Source of the DNA: an uncultured Candidatus Rokubacteria bacterium
Lineage (GTDB): Bacteria; Methylomirabilota; Methylomirabilia; Rokubacteriales; CSP1-6
Assembly (NCBI GenBank): GCA_963762145.1
Contig: CAVXJS010000017.1
Span: 1 to 64,000, forward strand
DNA length: 64,000 bases
Direction of reading: 5' to 3'
The stretch's first letter is position 1. Each line of letters starts with the position of its first letter. The position numbers and the translations under genes are program-made. This document shows, one piece after another, positions 27,774 to 39,052 of the stretch. The notes below the pieces were generated by a model. That model saw only the letters and a list, made by a program, of their open reading frames with translations, searched no databases and was not told where the DNA came from.

Positions 27774-28961
27774 TCAGCGGGCTTTGCGGAACGCGCGCTC
27801 GAATCCAGGCAGCGCGCGGACCACCGTGTGACGTTCGACCGTGAGCGAGATGCGGATGTGGCCGGGCATGCCGAACCCGGAGCCGGGCACCGTGAGCACG
27901 CCCTCCTCGGCCAGCAGGCGGACGAAGGCCACGTCGTCCGGGATGGGGGTGCGGGGGAACACGTAGAAAGCGCCCTGGGGCTTCACGCACTGGTAGCCGA
28001 TGCGGGTGAGGCCCTCGTACATCAGGTCACGCTTCTCCCGGTAGGGGGCGACGTCGATCGAGAGGTTACCGACCTCGGCCACCACCCACTGCCAGAGCGC
28101 CGGCGCGTTCACGAAGCCCAGCACCCGGCTGGTGAAGGTGCACGCCTCGAACAGCTCGGCCGCCTCGGGCATCCGCGGAGAGAAGGCCAGGTAGCCGATG
28201 CGCTCGCCCGGGATGGCCAGCGACTTGGACCATGAAGTGGCTATTACCGCGCGGGTCAGCAGGGGCGGCACCTCGGGCACCGCGACGTCGTCGAAGACGA
28301 GCGTGCGGTAGGGCTCGTCGCTGATGACCACGATCGGCTGGCCGGTGCGGCCGAGCATCGCCTCGATCTCGACGTAGGTCGAGGCGGGATAGACGACGCC
28401 GCTGGGATTGTTCGGCGAGTTCAGGATGATGGCCCGCGTGCGCGACGTGATGGCCGCCTCCAGCCGGGCCACGTCCGGCGTGAGGTCGGCCTTCGGGGGC
28501 ACGACGATCAGCCGGCCGCCGTAGTTCTCCGCGTAGAAGGTGTACTCGACGAAGAACGGCGCGACCGTGAGCACCTCGTCGCCCGGGTTGAGCAGCGCCT
28601 TCAGCACGGTGTTCAGCGCCGCGCCGGCGCCCACGGTCATGAGGATGTGGCCGGCCGTGTACGCCAGCCCCGTGGCGGCACGCAGCCGCCCGGCCACCGC
28701 CTCCCGCACGCGCGGGTGGCCGGCGTTGGGCATGTAGGCGTGCAGGTGGAGCTCGCGGCTGTCCAGCACCCGGCGAGCCGCGGCCAGCACGGCCGGGGGC
28801 GGCTCGATCTCCGGGTTGCCCAGCGTGAGGTCGAAGACCTTGTCGGCGCCCCGCTCCTGCTTGAGGCGCGCGCCCTCCTCGAACATCCGGCGGATCCAGG
28901 AGGCCTTCGTAAGATTGGCGGCGACCGCGTCGGCGACGATCATGCCGGGAGTATAGGCCAT
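27774..28961 (-). CDS. PLP-dependent aminotransferase class I/II (aspartate aminotransferase-like)
   Basis: LGNP, NSPNNPSG, SDEPY, SWSKSLAIPGERIG. Confidence 0.92.
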   Translation of the reverse strand: MAYTPGMIVADAVAANLTKASWIRRMFEEGARLKQERGADKVFDLTLGNPEIEPPPAVLAAARRVLDSRELHLHAYMPNAGHPRVREAVAGRLRAATGLAYTAGHILMTVGAGAALNTVLKALLNPGDEVLTVAPFFVEYTFYAENYGGRLIVVPPKADLTPDVARLEAAITSRTRAIILNSPNNPSGVVYPASTYVEIEAMLGRTGQPIVVISDEPYRTLVFDDVAVPEVPPLLTRAVIATSWSKSLAIPGERIGYLAFSPRMPEAAELFEACTFTSRVLGFVNAPALWQWVVAEVGNLSIDVAPYREKRDLMYEGLTRIGYQCVKPQGAFYVFPRTPIPDDVAFVRLLAEEGVLTVPGSGFGMPGHIRISLTVERHTVVRALPGFERAFRKAR

Positions 28962-29052
28962 CTAGCGAGACGGGGGCCGGGGGCCGGAAGAAGAGCGTGG
29001 TGCGCTACCTCAATGAATTGCCAGGCTGCGCGGCAGCGGCTCGGCCGTGCCG

Positions 29053-29727
29053 CTATGCGGTCGCTCCCCGCTTCCGGCGTCGGCCTCCTCGCCGTTGCCC
29101 GGATCCGCCCCAGCCGCGCGGGGGATCGAGCACGGGCGGCCCGGACGGCGACGTCCGGATCCCGGGCTTGTTCACGACCTGTACGGTGCTCGCCTGGGGC
29201 CCGTTCTCACCCTCCTCTTCCTCGAATCGCACCTCGGTCCCCACCGCGAGACGCTCGTAGTCGTCGTGCAGGACGCTGTGCCGATGGAAGTACACCTCGC
29301 GCCCTTCGGGCGTCTTCAGGAAGCCGTAGCCCTCGTCGCGCGATGCCCCCGGGAAGAGACGGACGACGAGCGCGCGCGGCTCCTGCAGGGCCTTGGTTTC
29401 TCCCCGCCGCCGCTCGGTCATGGACTGGATTTGCCGGCGGGCCGCCCGAAACGCGCCCAGGACGATCGTGCGCAGGCTCTCGTGCATGTCGCTCTCGAGC
29501 GGCTCGCGCGTCACCACGATCGGCTGCTGGAGCCCGGCCCCGATGAACAGGCGCACCCGGAATGGGCTGCCGCCCTGCTGGTGCCGCTGTGGCTGCTCGA
29601 TGGCCACGCGGCAGGAAACCAGCTTCTGTCCATAGCGCTCGAGCTTGTGGGCCTCGCCGCGCACCAGCGCCTCGATGTCGGGATTCGCGGGAATCCCGCG
29701 GAACGTGACCTCGACCTGGGCTTCCAT
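29053..29727 (-). CDS. HPF/RaiA-family domain fused to a cold-shock domain
   Basis: VTFR...SCRVAIE...AFRAARRQ, then YGFLKTPEGREVYFH...GPQAS. Confidence 0.85.
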   Translation of the reverse strand: MEAQVEVTFRGIPANPDIEALVRGEAHKLERYGQKLVSCRVAIEQPQRHQQGGSPFRVRLFIGAGLQQPIVVTREPLESDMHESLRTIVLGAFRAARRQIQSMTERRRGETKALQEPRALVVRLFPGASRDEGYGFLKTPEGREVYFHRHSVLHDDYERLAVGTEVRFEEEEGENGPQASTVQVVNKPGIRTSPSGPPVLDPPRGWGGSGQRRGGRRRKRGATA

Positions 29728-29870
29728 GGTGTCGAATGGGAGCATCGGACATGCCAGGGGCGCTCACGCGTGCAGGATCATGGTTTTCAGCGTCCAGAGG
29801 GCGGGAAAGAGGTGCCCAGCGGTAACCCTCACCCGGCAATGCTTACGCAACTGAGACGGCCGGTCCGCCA

Positions 29871-30075
29871 CTAATGCCTCCGTGCCCGGAAGAGGTCCGG
29901 ACCTGACGCCTGCACGTGATCGGGGTCGTACCGATGCTTGGCGCGGGCGACCGCTCCAGGCCGCGCCGTAGTGCTGCTGCCACTCGGCCGGCGATAGCTC
30001 CAGCGCGCTGAACGGATAGAGCGTCCCGCCGAGATCGCGGTTGCCCTCGAACAGGGTCCGATTGCCCGCCAGCAC
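29871..30075 (-). pseudogene. C-terminal fragment of an FAD-linked (cytokinin dehydrogenase-like) oxidase
   Basis: GGTLYPF...WQQHYG, frameshift, then AKHRYDPDHV. Confidence 0.6.
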
Positions 30076-30216
30076 AAGGACGACATGGTAAATGCTGGGG
30101 GTCAGTGGTCGGACAGCGAGGTGGTGGTAGATGGCAACCTGATCACCTCGCGCAAGCCAGACGACCTGCCCGCCTTCTGCCGCGAGATCGTCCGGGCCCT
30201 GACCAAGACCGGTTAG
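30076..30216 (+). pseudogene. C-terminal fragment of a PfpI/DJ-1 family protein
   Basis: [34 protein letters not shown]; below the ORF-track cutoff. Confidence 0.8.
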
Positions 30217-30243
30217 GACCCCGTCCGGGGGGAGCGCCGCGGC

Positions 30244-31473
30244 CTACCGTCCTACCAACGCTCCGAACCGAGTGACGAATTCGACCTCATTCATGTGTCC
30301 CGCTTTTGCCAGCGCGCTCAACGTCTGTGGCACATCGAAATCCTCAGGCTTGAGGCGAATCATGTACGCAGAAAGTGTCTGATATGCCTCGGACTGCACG
30401 TTGACGTACCGCACCCGGATCTTGCCGGTCTGCGGGTCGAGCATCTGGCTGAAGGGGATGGGCACCAGTCGGCCGGCCTGGATCGTCACCATCGCGTTGG
30501 TCCCGCCTTCGAGGAGGAAGCGCGTGGCCCAGTACCCAAGGCTCCGGCAGTACTGGATGTCATGCGCGCCGGGCGGGGCGCACCGCAGCTCGTATCCGAG
30601 ATCCTTCGCGACGATCGTCACATCGGCGCCGCGTGCCTGGAGACTGGCGGTCACGCGCTCCCTGAGGACCCGGCCGAGATCGAGCTCCGCCAACCGGACG
30701 TTGCCATAGGCGTCACGCTCCACCGGCCCGAGCGTGTCGACGTCGAGCTTCTCCCCGAGTCCTTCGGAGAGTATCGCGACACCATGATCACGGCCTTGTG
30801 CCCGGCGCTTGATGATGGCCCCTTCGAGCGTGTTCGCGAGTCGGTCGAGACGGAGCCGGGGCTCCGGAAACTCCTCGGGGATCACGGTCAGCGTGGCCCC
30901 CGCCGCGCCGCCAATCCCCAAGGCCAGGTGCCCGGCGTGCCGTCCCATCACGGTGACGAAGAACCACCGTTCCATTGTGGCGGCATCCTGCATGAGATTG
31001 CGCACAAGGTCCTTTCCGAGATCGCAAGACGTTGTGAAGCCGAAGGTCACGATATCGCTCGGGAGCGGCAGATCATTGTCGATGGTCTTTGGCACGTGGG
31101 CGACGGTGAGCTCGGACAGGGTCTCGGCGAGGCGCGATGCCGCAAAGGCGGTGTCATCACCGCCGATGGTGATCAAGTGATTGACCCCGAGGCGTGCAAG
31201 CGTGTCCGCTACCCGGCCGACTCCCTCAGGGGTTTGCGTCGGATTGACGCGTGACGTGCGCAGAATCGAGCCTCCATCAAAATGAATGCGCGAGACGTCG
31301 GTGATGCCGAGCTCGGCGGTATGCTCGGCATCCCCGAGAGTCAGCCAACGAAATCCGTCAAGACACCCGAGTACCCGCAAGCCGCGATTCCGTGCCTCGA
31401 TGGTCGCGGCTGCAATCACCGCGTTGATGCCGGGGGCGGGACCTCCGCCGACGAGAATCGCAAGCGTATTCAT
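30244..31473 (-). CDS. pfp: Pyrophosphate-dependent phosphofructokinase
   Basis: GGGPAPG, GGDDT (PPi type), PKTIDND, MGRHAG, GYELRC. Confidence 0.88.
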   Translation of the reverse strand: MNTLAILVGGGPAPGINAVIAAATIEARNRGLRVLGCLDGFRWLTLGDAEHTAELGITDVSRIHFDGGSILRTSRVNPTQTPEGVGRVADTLARLGVNHLITIGGDDTAFAASRLAETLSELTVAHVPKTIDNDLPLPSDIVTFGFTTSCDLGKDLVRNLMQDAATMERWFFVTVMGRHAGHLALGIGGAAGATLTVIPEEFPEPRLRLDRLANTLEGAIIKRRAQGRDHGVAILSEGLGEKLDVDTLGPVERDAYGNVRLAELDLGRVLRERVTASLQARGADVTIVAKDLGYELRCAPPGAHDIQYCRSLGYWATRFLLEGGTNAMVTIQAGRLVPIPFSQMLDPQTGKIRVRYVNVQSEAYQTLSAYMIRLKPEDFDVPQTLSALAKAGHMNEVEFVTRFGALVGR

Positions 31474-32258
31474 GTGGCGTGAGCCACGCCGAGAGCCACG
31501 AGAGCGAGCGACAGGACGAGCTCATACCGCATGTGCAGCGGAGGCGCGAGCTTGTAGATGGCGACGACGATGGCGAGAAGCACCGTCCACCACAGGCTGG
31601 ACATCCCGATCAGGACCATGGCCACCATGAGCGCCGCGCTGCATCCAAGGCAGCTCAGGCCGTAGCGCGCGCCGACGACCGCGGCGCTCCGCATCAGGTT
31701 GAAGGGAAGCGGGCCATGCAGCGCGCACAGCTCGCGGCAGCGAGCCTGACTCCCCCGCTTGATCGGGCTGACAGAGTAGACGCCGGCCACCGCCAGAGCC
31801 AGTCCCGCCACCACCGCCTGGTTGGGCCAGGGCATGCCCATGGCGGTGTAGACCGCGTAGCACACCACGCCGAAGATCAGCCACACGCCGAGGTACGTGG
31901 CCGTCAGCACCCCGGTGGCGATCGGCCATCCCCTTCGCCCTTCTGCCGTCCGCGCAAACTCGAGGACCACCGGGATCGCGGAGGGCAACATCATCGCCGC
32001 CATCATCACGACCCAGGTCACCGCGAAGGACTCGAGTGGGCCGAGCCCCATATCCATTCCGGCCATGGCCTGCGAATGGTGGATCATGGCCGCCCAGGCC
32101 CCGCCGGCGACCGCGAGGACGACCAAGGCCGCCACCATGGGCCTGGCCAGCTCCGGTCTGGCGTCGAGGGCCTTCATCAACACCCGGCACGCGGGACAGA
32201 ATCCACCCGGCTTCGCCTGTCTGGCCAGCCCGATCGTGGTAAGAAGCCGGCCGTGCAT
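31470..32258 (-). CDS. DUF2182 predicted metal-binding membrane protein
   Basis: WVVMMAAMMLPS, GYLxVW-like motif, SPIK...C, G.SCLGC; start may be 32177. Confidence 0.8.
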   Translation of the reverse strand: MHGRLLTTIGLARQAKPGGFCPACRVLMKALDARPELARPMVAALVVLAVAGGAWAAMIHHSQAMAGMDMGLGPLESFAVTWVVMMAAMMLPSAIPVVLEFARTAEGRRGWPIATGVLTATYLGVWLIFGVVCYAVYTAMGMPWPNQAVVAGLALAVAGVYSVSPIKRGSQARCRELCALHGPLPFNLMRSAAVVGARYGLSCLGCSAALMVAMVLIGMSSLWWTVLLAIVVAIYKLAPPLHMRYELVLSLALVALGVAHAT

Positions 32259-32986
32259 CAGTCCTGATACTCGTCGCGACGACGAACCCACACGTCCATG
32301 CCGCCGTCGCCCTCATCGCGGCCCTTCGGGGCGAGATCCATGTAATGGTAGGCGACGTTCAGCATGTCGAGCCCGCGCGCATAGGTGGAGTACGTGTGGT
32401 AAATCTGGCCGCCGTCCTTCAGGAAGACGCTGATGCCGGGCCCCTCGGTCATCGACACCTGGTCGGGGCGGTAGTTGTAATCGGCCTTCTTGGCCTTCAC
32501 CTCCTCATCGGTGAACGAGACGCGATAGTCGAAGTTGAAGTCGCTTCCGAGCGATGACAGCCACGGGAAGCCCCAGCCCATCCGTGTCTTGTAGGCGGCG
32601 AGCACGGAGTAGGGAGCCCGCGAGACCGCGGCCATCGTGATGTCGCGGTGGTTCAGGTGGATGGTGATGCCGTTGAAGTTGTCCATCCAGAACGAGCAGA
32701 CGAAACAGGGCGCGTTCTGGGTCCAGGTCGTGTGAGGCCCCGCGGTGGCGGGGTTGAACATCGCGTGATAGATGACCAGCTGACCGCGTCCCTCGAAGAG
32801 GTCGCCGAGCGTCTGCGGGCCGTGCTCGCCCTCGAAGGTGTATGGCTTGTCGACGAGCTCCCAGGGCAGATCGCGCCGCTCCCGACTGAGCTGGTCGCGC
32901 ATCCGAGTGAACTCCTTCTCCTTCGCCAGGTGCTTCTTCCGTGCCTTGAGCCACTCGGCGTGCTTGACCACTTTGTGGGCTGGCAT
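32258..32986 (-). CDS. DUF899 thioredoxin-like protein
   Basis: EKEFTR..D, LFEGRGQL, CFVCS, VSRAP, HTYSTYARG, PKGRDE. Confidence 0.88.
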   Translation of the reverse strand: MPAHKVVKHAEWLKARKKHLAKEKEFTRMRDQLSRERRDLPWELVDKPYTFEGEHGPQTLGDLFEGRGQLVIYHAMFNPATAGPHTTWTQNAPCFVCSFWMDNFNGITIHLNHRDITMAAVSRAPYSVLAAYKTRMGWGFPWLSSLGSDFNFDYRVSFTDEEVKAKKADYNYRPDQVSMTEGPGISVFLKDGGQIYHTYSTYARGLDMLNVAYHYMDLAPKGRDEGDGGMDVWVRRRDEYQD

Positions 32987-33033
32987 GCGATCCCTCCTCT
33001 GGTACGAAGGGTAGTCCGGGCGCGTCCGGGACG

Positions 33034-33885
33034 CTAGTGAACCCCGGCCAGCAGCTCGCCCTCGAAGGCGAGGGCCTGGCTTACCACCTCCTCGGGCGTC
33101 TGGAGGACCCCGTAGAGCCCGGCGTAGACGATGGACGGGTCGTGTCCACGCCCCGCCATCGCGCGAAGCTCCTCGTCGAGGCGTCGACAGGCCTCGCGAT
33201 ACCGCCCTGACGGCTCATCGTCGAGCAGGGCCTCGTCGAGGGCGGCCGCGTACAACCGCTCCGAGCGGGCGAGGTGGTGGAGCACGCGGCGGAGTGGCCA
33301 GCCCCCGTCGGGGGGAAGCCAGTCCAGCTCGGTCTCGCTGAGCCCGGCCGCCCGCTGGACGACGAGCCGGACCGCCTGGTCGACTCGCCAGAGCCACGCG
33401 TCGAGATCGGCGGCGGCCAGCGGCAGCCGATCGTCCGCCAGCGTCACCGTCGACGGCACCCAGCCGTCGGTCGGTGTCGGGACGATGCCGTGCCGCTGCC
33501 ACGCGATCCACTGGTCGATCTGGTTGAGGTGGTCGAGCGCGTGGTCGAGCACCCGGCGCAGGGCCTTGCGCGGGGTGTAGGTATAGCGGCCGACCCCGGC
33601 CGGGGCGGTCAGCGGCGCCGGCCGGGCGTCGGTGAGCCGCGAGAACAGCTCGTCGGTCATCACCGCCGGGACCTCGCGGGCCGGATCGTGGACGGTGAGC
33701 CGGGCGAGGTGACGGCGCGCCTGCGCGTGAGCCGCCTCGACGTGGCGGGCCGGGTCTCGTGGGGCCGGCGCCAGGGTCCAGGCCGCGACCGCCCGCACCG
33801 CGGTGGCGTGCGCGAGGACGATGCCGCCGTCGGCGCCCGTCTTCAGCACGCGGTCTCTCGACGCGTCGAGGGCCGGTGCGCTCAT
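33034..33885 (-). CDS. DinB-family protein
   Basis: TPRKALRRVLDHALDH and GWPLRRVLHHLA motifs; ATGA-coupled to the RidA gene. Confidence 0.65.
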   Translation of the reverse strand: MSAPALDASRDRVLKTGADGGIVLAHATAVRAVAAWTLAPAPRDPARHVEAAHAQARRHLARLTVHDPAREVPAVMTDELFSRLTDARPAPLTAPAGVGRYTYTPRKALRRVLDHALDHLNQIDQWIAWQRHGIVPTPTDGWVPSTVTLADDRLPLAAADLDAWLWRVDQAVRLVVQRAAGLSETELDWLPPDGGWPLRRVLHHLARSERLYAAALDEALLDDEPSGRYREACRRLDEELRAMAGRGHDPSIVYAGLYGVLQTPEEVVSQALAFEGELLAGVH

Positions 33886-34244
33886 CGGGCGGCCGTCACC
33901 ATGATCTCGACGAGCAGGCCCGGGCTGGTCAGCTCGGCCTGGACGCAGGCGCGCGCCGGCGGGTGCTCGCGATCCACCCACTCGTTCCAGGCGAGGTTGT
34001 GGGTCCGGAAGAGCGCCATGTCGGAGAGCCACACCTGCGCGGTCAGGAGGCGTGACTTGTCGGTGCCGGCCCGGGCCAGGAGGTCGTCGATCCGCTGGAG
34101 AGCCTGGCGGGTCTGGGCGGTGACGTCGCCGACCGGATCGCCGGTGATCCCGCAGACGTACACCCGGTCGCCCTGTGCCACGACGCGGCTGATGATCGGC
34201 TTGAAGTTCTCGCTGTCCATGATGAGGTGGCGCTCGATGTCCAT
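33882..34244 (-). CDS. RidA/YjgF family protein
   Basis: AQTRQAL, WLSDM, PARACV, LVEIMVTA; AAGGAG RBS. Confidence 0.9.
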   Translation of the reverse strand: MDIERHLIMDSENFKPIISRVVAQGDRVYVCGITGDPVGDVTAQTRQALQRIDDLLARAGTDKSRLLTAQVWLSDMALFRTHNLAWNEWVDREHPPARACVQAELTSPGLLVEIMVTAAR

Positions 34245-34300
34245 GACGGGGTCTCCTTTGGACGACAGCATGGCGCGGAGACGGCCATCCGTCGAATGCA

Positions 34301-34327
34301 TATAGCTGACTCTGTCCATCAGCTATA
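34301..34327. promoter_or_regulatory. Inverted repeat in the RidA/LysR divergent promoter (probable LysR operator)
   Basis: TATAGCTGA-N9-TCAGCTATA. Confidence 0.6.
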
Positions 34328-35277
34328 GTGATCGCGGTGACCATCGACGAGCTCGAAACCTTCGTCTCGATCGCCCGCCGCGGCGGCTTCGCCCGGGCCG
34401 CGGAAAGCCTGCACCGCTCCCAGCCCGCGATCAGCCGGCGCGTCGAGATGCTGGAGCAGCAGCTCGGCTCTCCGCTCTTCGAGCGGGTGCGCGGCGGCGT
34501 GATCCTGACCGAGGCCGGCCGCACCCTGCTGCCCTACGCGGAGGCGGCGCTGGCCGGGCTGAAGGACGGCGCCGAGGCGGTGCGGGGTCTCGCGCGCGGC
34601 GAGCGGGGCGCGGTCTCCGTCGCCCTGGTGGGGACGCTCGCCAGCACCCGGTTCGCGGGCATGCTGCGCCAGTTCGCCCAGCGTCACCCCTCCGTGAAGC
34701 TCGAGCTGCGGACCGCGAACAGTCAGGAGGTGAGCGACCTGGTGCGGCGCGGCGAGGCCACCCTGGGGCTCCGGTACTTCACCGACACGGATCCGGGGCT
34801 CGTGTCGGAGCAGATCACCGAGGAGGCCCTGGTGCTCGCCTGCGCGCCGGATCATCGCCTCGCGGGGCGCCGGGTGCGCGAACCCGGTGTCCTGGCGGGT
34901 GAGCGCTGGGTGGCCTTTCCCCCCGGCGCCGGCGGCGCGAGCCCTTCGCCACCGCGCTCGAGCAGCGGCTCGCGGCGGCCGGCATCGAGGCGGAGGAGAT
35001 CGTCCGCATCGACAGCCTCACCGCGCAGAAGCGGCTGGTCGAGGCGGGGTTCGGGATCGCGCTCCTCATCGAGAGCAGCGTACAGGAAGAGCTGCGCCTG
35101 GGCTCCCTCGCGATCATCGACGCGCCCGCGCTGCGGGGCGGCGTGCCGGTGACCCTCGTGCGGCGCCGCAATGGGTACCTGAGCGGGGCCGCGCTGAGCC
35201 TCGTGGTGGTGATCAAGGCGGGGACGACGGCCCCGGCCCGGGCTCGAAAGGGGACCGGCAAGAGGCCCAGACGCTGA
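34328..35277 (+). CDS. LysR family transcriptional regulator (frameshift at ~34925)
   Basis: FARAAESLHRSQPAIS HTH; the substrate-binding domain resumes in another frame (KRLVEAGFGIALL) to TGA 35277. Confidence 0.82.
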
Positions 35278-35286
35278 TGGTCCCGT

Positions 35287-35601
35287 TCACCGCTTCCCGT
35301 AGTCCGTGAAGACGTAATCCCTGGTCTTCACGATCGTGTGGCACCCGAGCCCGCACTTGGCGTCGCTCCCCTGCGGCGGCTGGTCGGCCGGCGTGGCGGG
35401 CGTGAACGTATCGGAAGCGGCGTCATACTTGAACGCAGCCCATCCCCATCCGCCGCTGTCCGCGAACCTCTTGCTATCCTTCACCATGAAGTCGACGTCA
35501 TGCAGGCTAGCCGGTACCGTCGCAGTGGGGAGCGTTTCCAGCTGCTTCGGATTCCAATGGATTTTCGCGACCGCCGAGATCCTCTTGTTCTTCATCGCCA
35601 C
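35287..35601 (-). pseudogene. Cytochrome P460-family protein with an internal deletion
   Basis: RBS and MAMKNKRI joined directly to AKIHW...FMVKDSKRF..SGGWG...KCGLGCH; signal peptide and N-terminal half absent. Confidence 0.65.
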
Positions 35602-35707
35602 GCTCCTCGTTGTCTACTGGTCGCCGCATCATGACCGTTATGATGCGCCGCCGGGCGTGAAGGAGACAGGCGTTGAGCTGAATCCAGCCCGGGCGATCTC
35701 GACCGCG

Positions 35708-35754
35708 TATTGGACCTAGGTCCACTACCCGATCCCCGGCCGAGCGGCTAGCGT
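35708..35754 (+). promoter_or_regulatory. Palindromic box and -10 element upstream of groES
   Basis: TATTGGACCTAGGTCCACTA 35708-35727; TAGCGT at 35749 (31.5 bp from centre). Confidence 0.8.
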
Positions 35755-35776
35755 GACGGTGGGAGGGACCGAGACC

Positions 35777-36085
35777 ATGGCTCAAGCAAAACAGATGACA
35801 CTACACCCACTGCACGACCGTGTCCTCGTCAGGCGGATCGAGGACGAACCGGCTCGCCGCGGCGCCATCATCATCCCGGACAGCGCGAAGGAGAAGCCCC
35901 AGGAGGGCAAGGTCATCGCGGTCGGCAAGGGCCGAGTGTCCGAGGCCGGCAAGAAGACCCCGCTGGACGTCAAGGCCGGGGACCGAGTGCTCTTTGGCAA
36001 GTACTCCGGCAGTGAGGTCAAGGTGAACGGCGAGGATCTCCTCATCATGAAGGAGGAGGACGTCCTCGGCATCCTCGGGGCCTGA
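35777..36085 (+). CDS. groES: Co-chaperonin GroES
   Basis: [38 protein letters not shown]. Confidence 0.97.
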   Translation: MAQAKQMTLHPLHDRVLVRRIEDEPARRGAIIIPDSAKEKPQEGKVIAVGKGRVSEAGKKTPLDVKAGDRVLFGKYSGSEVKVNGEDLLIMKEEDVLGILGA

Positions 36086-36095
36086 TCCCGGGTAG

Positions 36096-37775
<1,680 letters not shown>

Positions 37776-37821
37776 GCTGTCGATGCCAGCCCGGCGGCAC
37801 GGAGCCGGGCGAAGGCAGGCC

Positions 37822-37899
37822 ATGTCGATGAAGAGGGTCTACGCGGTCGCCGTCCTCGTCGTGGTGTTCACGATCCTCGCGTACCTCGAGGCCGGCTAG
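37822..37899 (+). CDS. Possible 25-aa single-TM small protein
   Basis: MSMKRVYAVAVLVVVFTILAYLEAG*, directly after groEL; GC3-rich codons. Confidence 0.4.
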   Translation: MSMKRVYAVAVLVVVFTILAYLEAG

Positions 37900-37908
37900 A
37901 GACGGCGG

Positions 37909-38406
37909 CTACTGGCCCGTTCCGATGGAGACCGCGAAGTTGACGGTCTCCTCCCGGAACGGGGACGGGACGTAGACGAGCTCCAGGCGGATCTCCTTCA
38001 GCCGGTTCGCCCGGAGCGCCTCGACCGGAAAGTCCACGTCCAGGACGTAGGACGCACCCTGGTCGGGGTCGAGCCACTCGTTGCCGTACCGGGTGAACTT
38101 GACGATCGGATCCGTCTGGCCTGCCCCGGGCCGGATCGCCTGCGCCTGGGCATCGATGAACCGGAGCTTGCCCTCGACCAGGCGGACCGTCCGATTCGCG
38201 GATGTATTCTGAAGCCGCAACGTCCCGGTCAGGCGCGCCGGGGAAACCACCCGGTCGGAGCCTTTCTCGACGCGCTCGGTGACCTTCAGGTCGATGACCT
38301 CGCCGGTGATCATCCCGGACTTCACGGTCATCGACGGTGGGGTCACCGGATAGACCTTGTCCTCGATCGTGACTCCACCCCCGGGATGCTCCCGCCATAC
38401 CTTCAT
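37909..38406 (-). CDS. Hypothetical protein
   Basis: 165-aa ORF with coding-like codon bias; beta-rich appearance. Confidence 0.6.
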   Translation of the reverse strand: MKVWREHPGGGVTIEDKVYPVTPPSMTVKSGMITGEVIDLKVTERVEKGSDRVVSPARLTGTLRLQNTSANRTVRLVEGKLRFIDAQAQAIRPGAGQTDPIVKFTRYGNEWLDPDQGASYVLDVDFPVEALRANRLKEIRLELVYVPSPFREETVNFAVSIGTGQ

Positions 38407-38475
38407 CTCAGCGATCTCCGGGCGGCATTACGCCGCGATGCTGTGCCACCGCGGGTGAGCGACGATCTCGCAACG

Positions 38476-38841
38476 CTACTTGGCGGCAGCGGTCTTGAGG
38501 ACGGCGGCGGCACAGATCTCGGCCACCGCCCGATTCGGCTCCGTTTGCCCCGGGAACGTCGCCCATCCCGTCTTCATCACGAACTCGGTCTGTTCGTACG
38601 ACGAGCTGATAGCCTTGAGCTCGCCGAGCTTCTTGGCGCGGGCCAGGTCGGACTTCTCCCCGGCGAGACAGATCGGCACCAGTGCGGTGGTGACCGCGCT
38701 GTCCGCCTGGGTCATCGCCATCTGGCGTGCCGTGCTATTCGTTGTCCAGCCTCCCCAGTTGAAGCCCACGATCATGGTCAGAATGCTACCGATTACCACA
38801 CCCCAGATCCCTGGCTTGAGCGACGCGCGTAGCGCTTGCAT
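38476..38841 (-). CDS. Hypothetical membrane-anchored protein (GFxWGGWxT...C...GWA...C type)
   Basis: AGGAGG RBS; N-terminal TM; two Cys. Confidence 0.75.
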   Translation of the reverse strand: MQALRASLKPGIWGVVIGSILTMIVGFNWGGWTTNSTARQMAMTQADSAVTTALVPICLAGEKSDLARAKKLGELKAISSSYEQTEFVMKTGWATFPGQTEPNRAVAEICAAAVLKTAAAK

Positions 38842-38882
38842 GAGACGCCTCCTGGCCCTTCGAGAGAGTGTGCAACTGCCCA

Positions 38883-38930
38883 AGTGTAGAGAGACGATCG
38901 CCCTCTCGGCTAGTGGACCAAGGTCCAATA
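38883..38930 (-). promoter_or_regulatory. Palindromic box and -10 element upstream of the 38841 gene
   Basis: TAGTGGACCAAGGTCCAATA 38911-38930; minus-strand TACACT starts at 38888 (32.5 bp). Confidence 0.8.
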
Positions 38931-38954
38931 GGCGGTCGTTCAGCCGGCCGGTCA

Positions 38955-38983
38955 TTGCCCAATCCGCACGCGGACGCTATAGT
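38955..38983 (+). promoter_or_regulatory. Sigma70-like promoter of the FixJ-type regulator
   Basis: TTGCCC-N17-TATAGT. Confidence 0.6.
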
Positions 38984-39052
38984 CGTCTCGTCCTGAACGC
39001 CCGCCTATTCCTTGGGTGCGGCGGGGACCCCAAGAAGGCAAACGGAGATTCC

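Noticed and set aside
38480-39052. Long N-terminal extension on the FixJ-type regulator
   Set aside because: It is antisense to the 38476-38841 gene; a promoter and GGAG RBS support the ATG at 39053.
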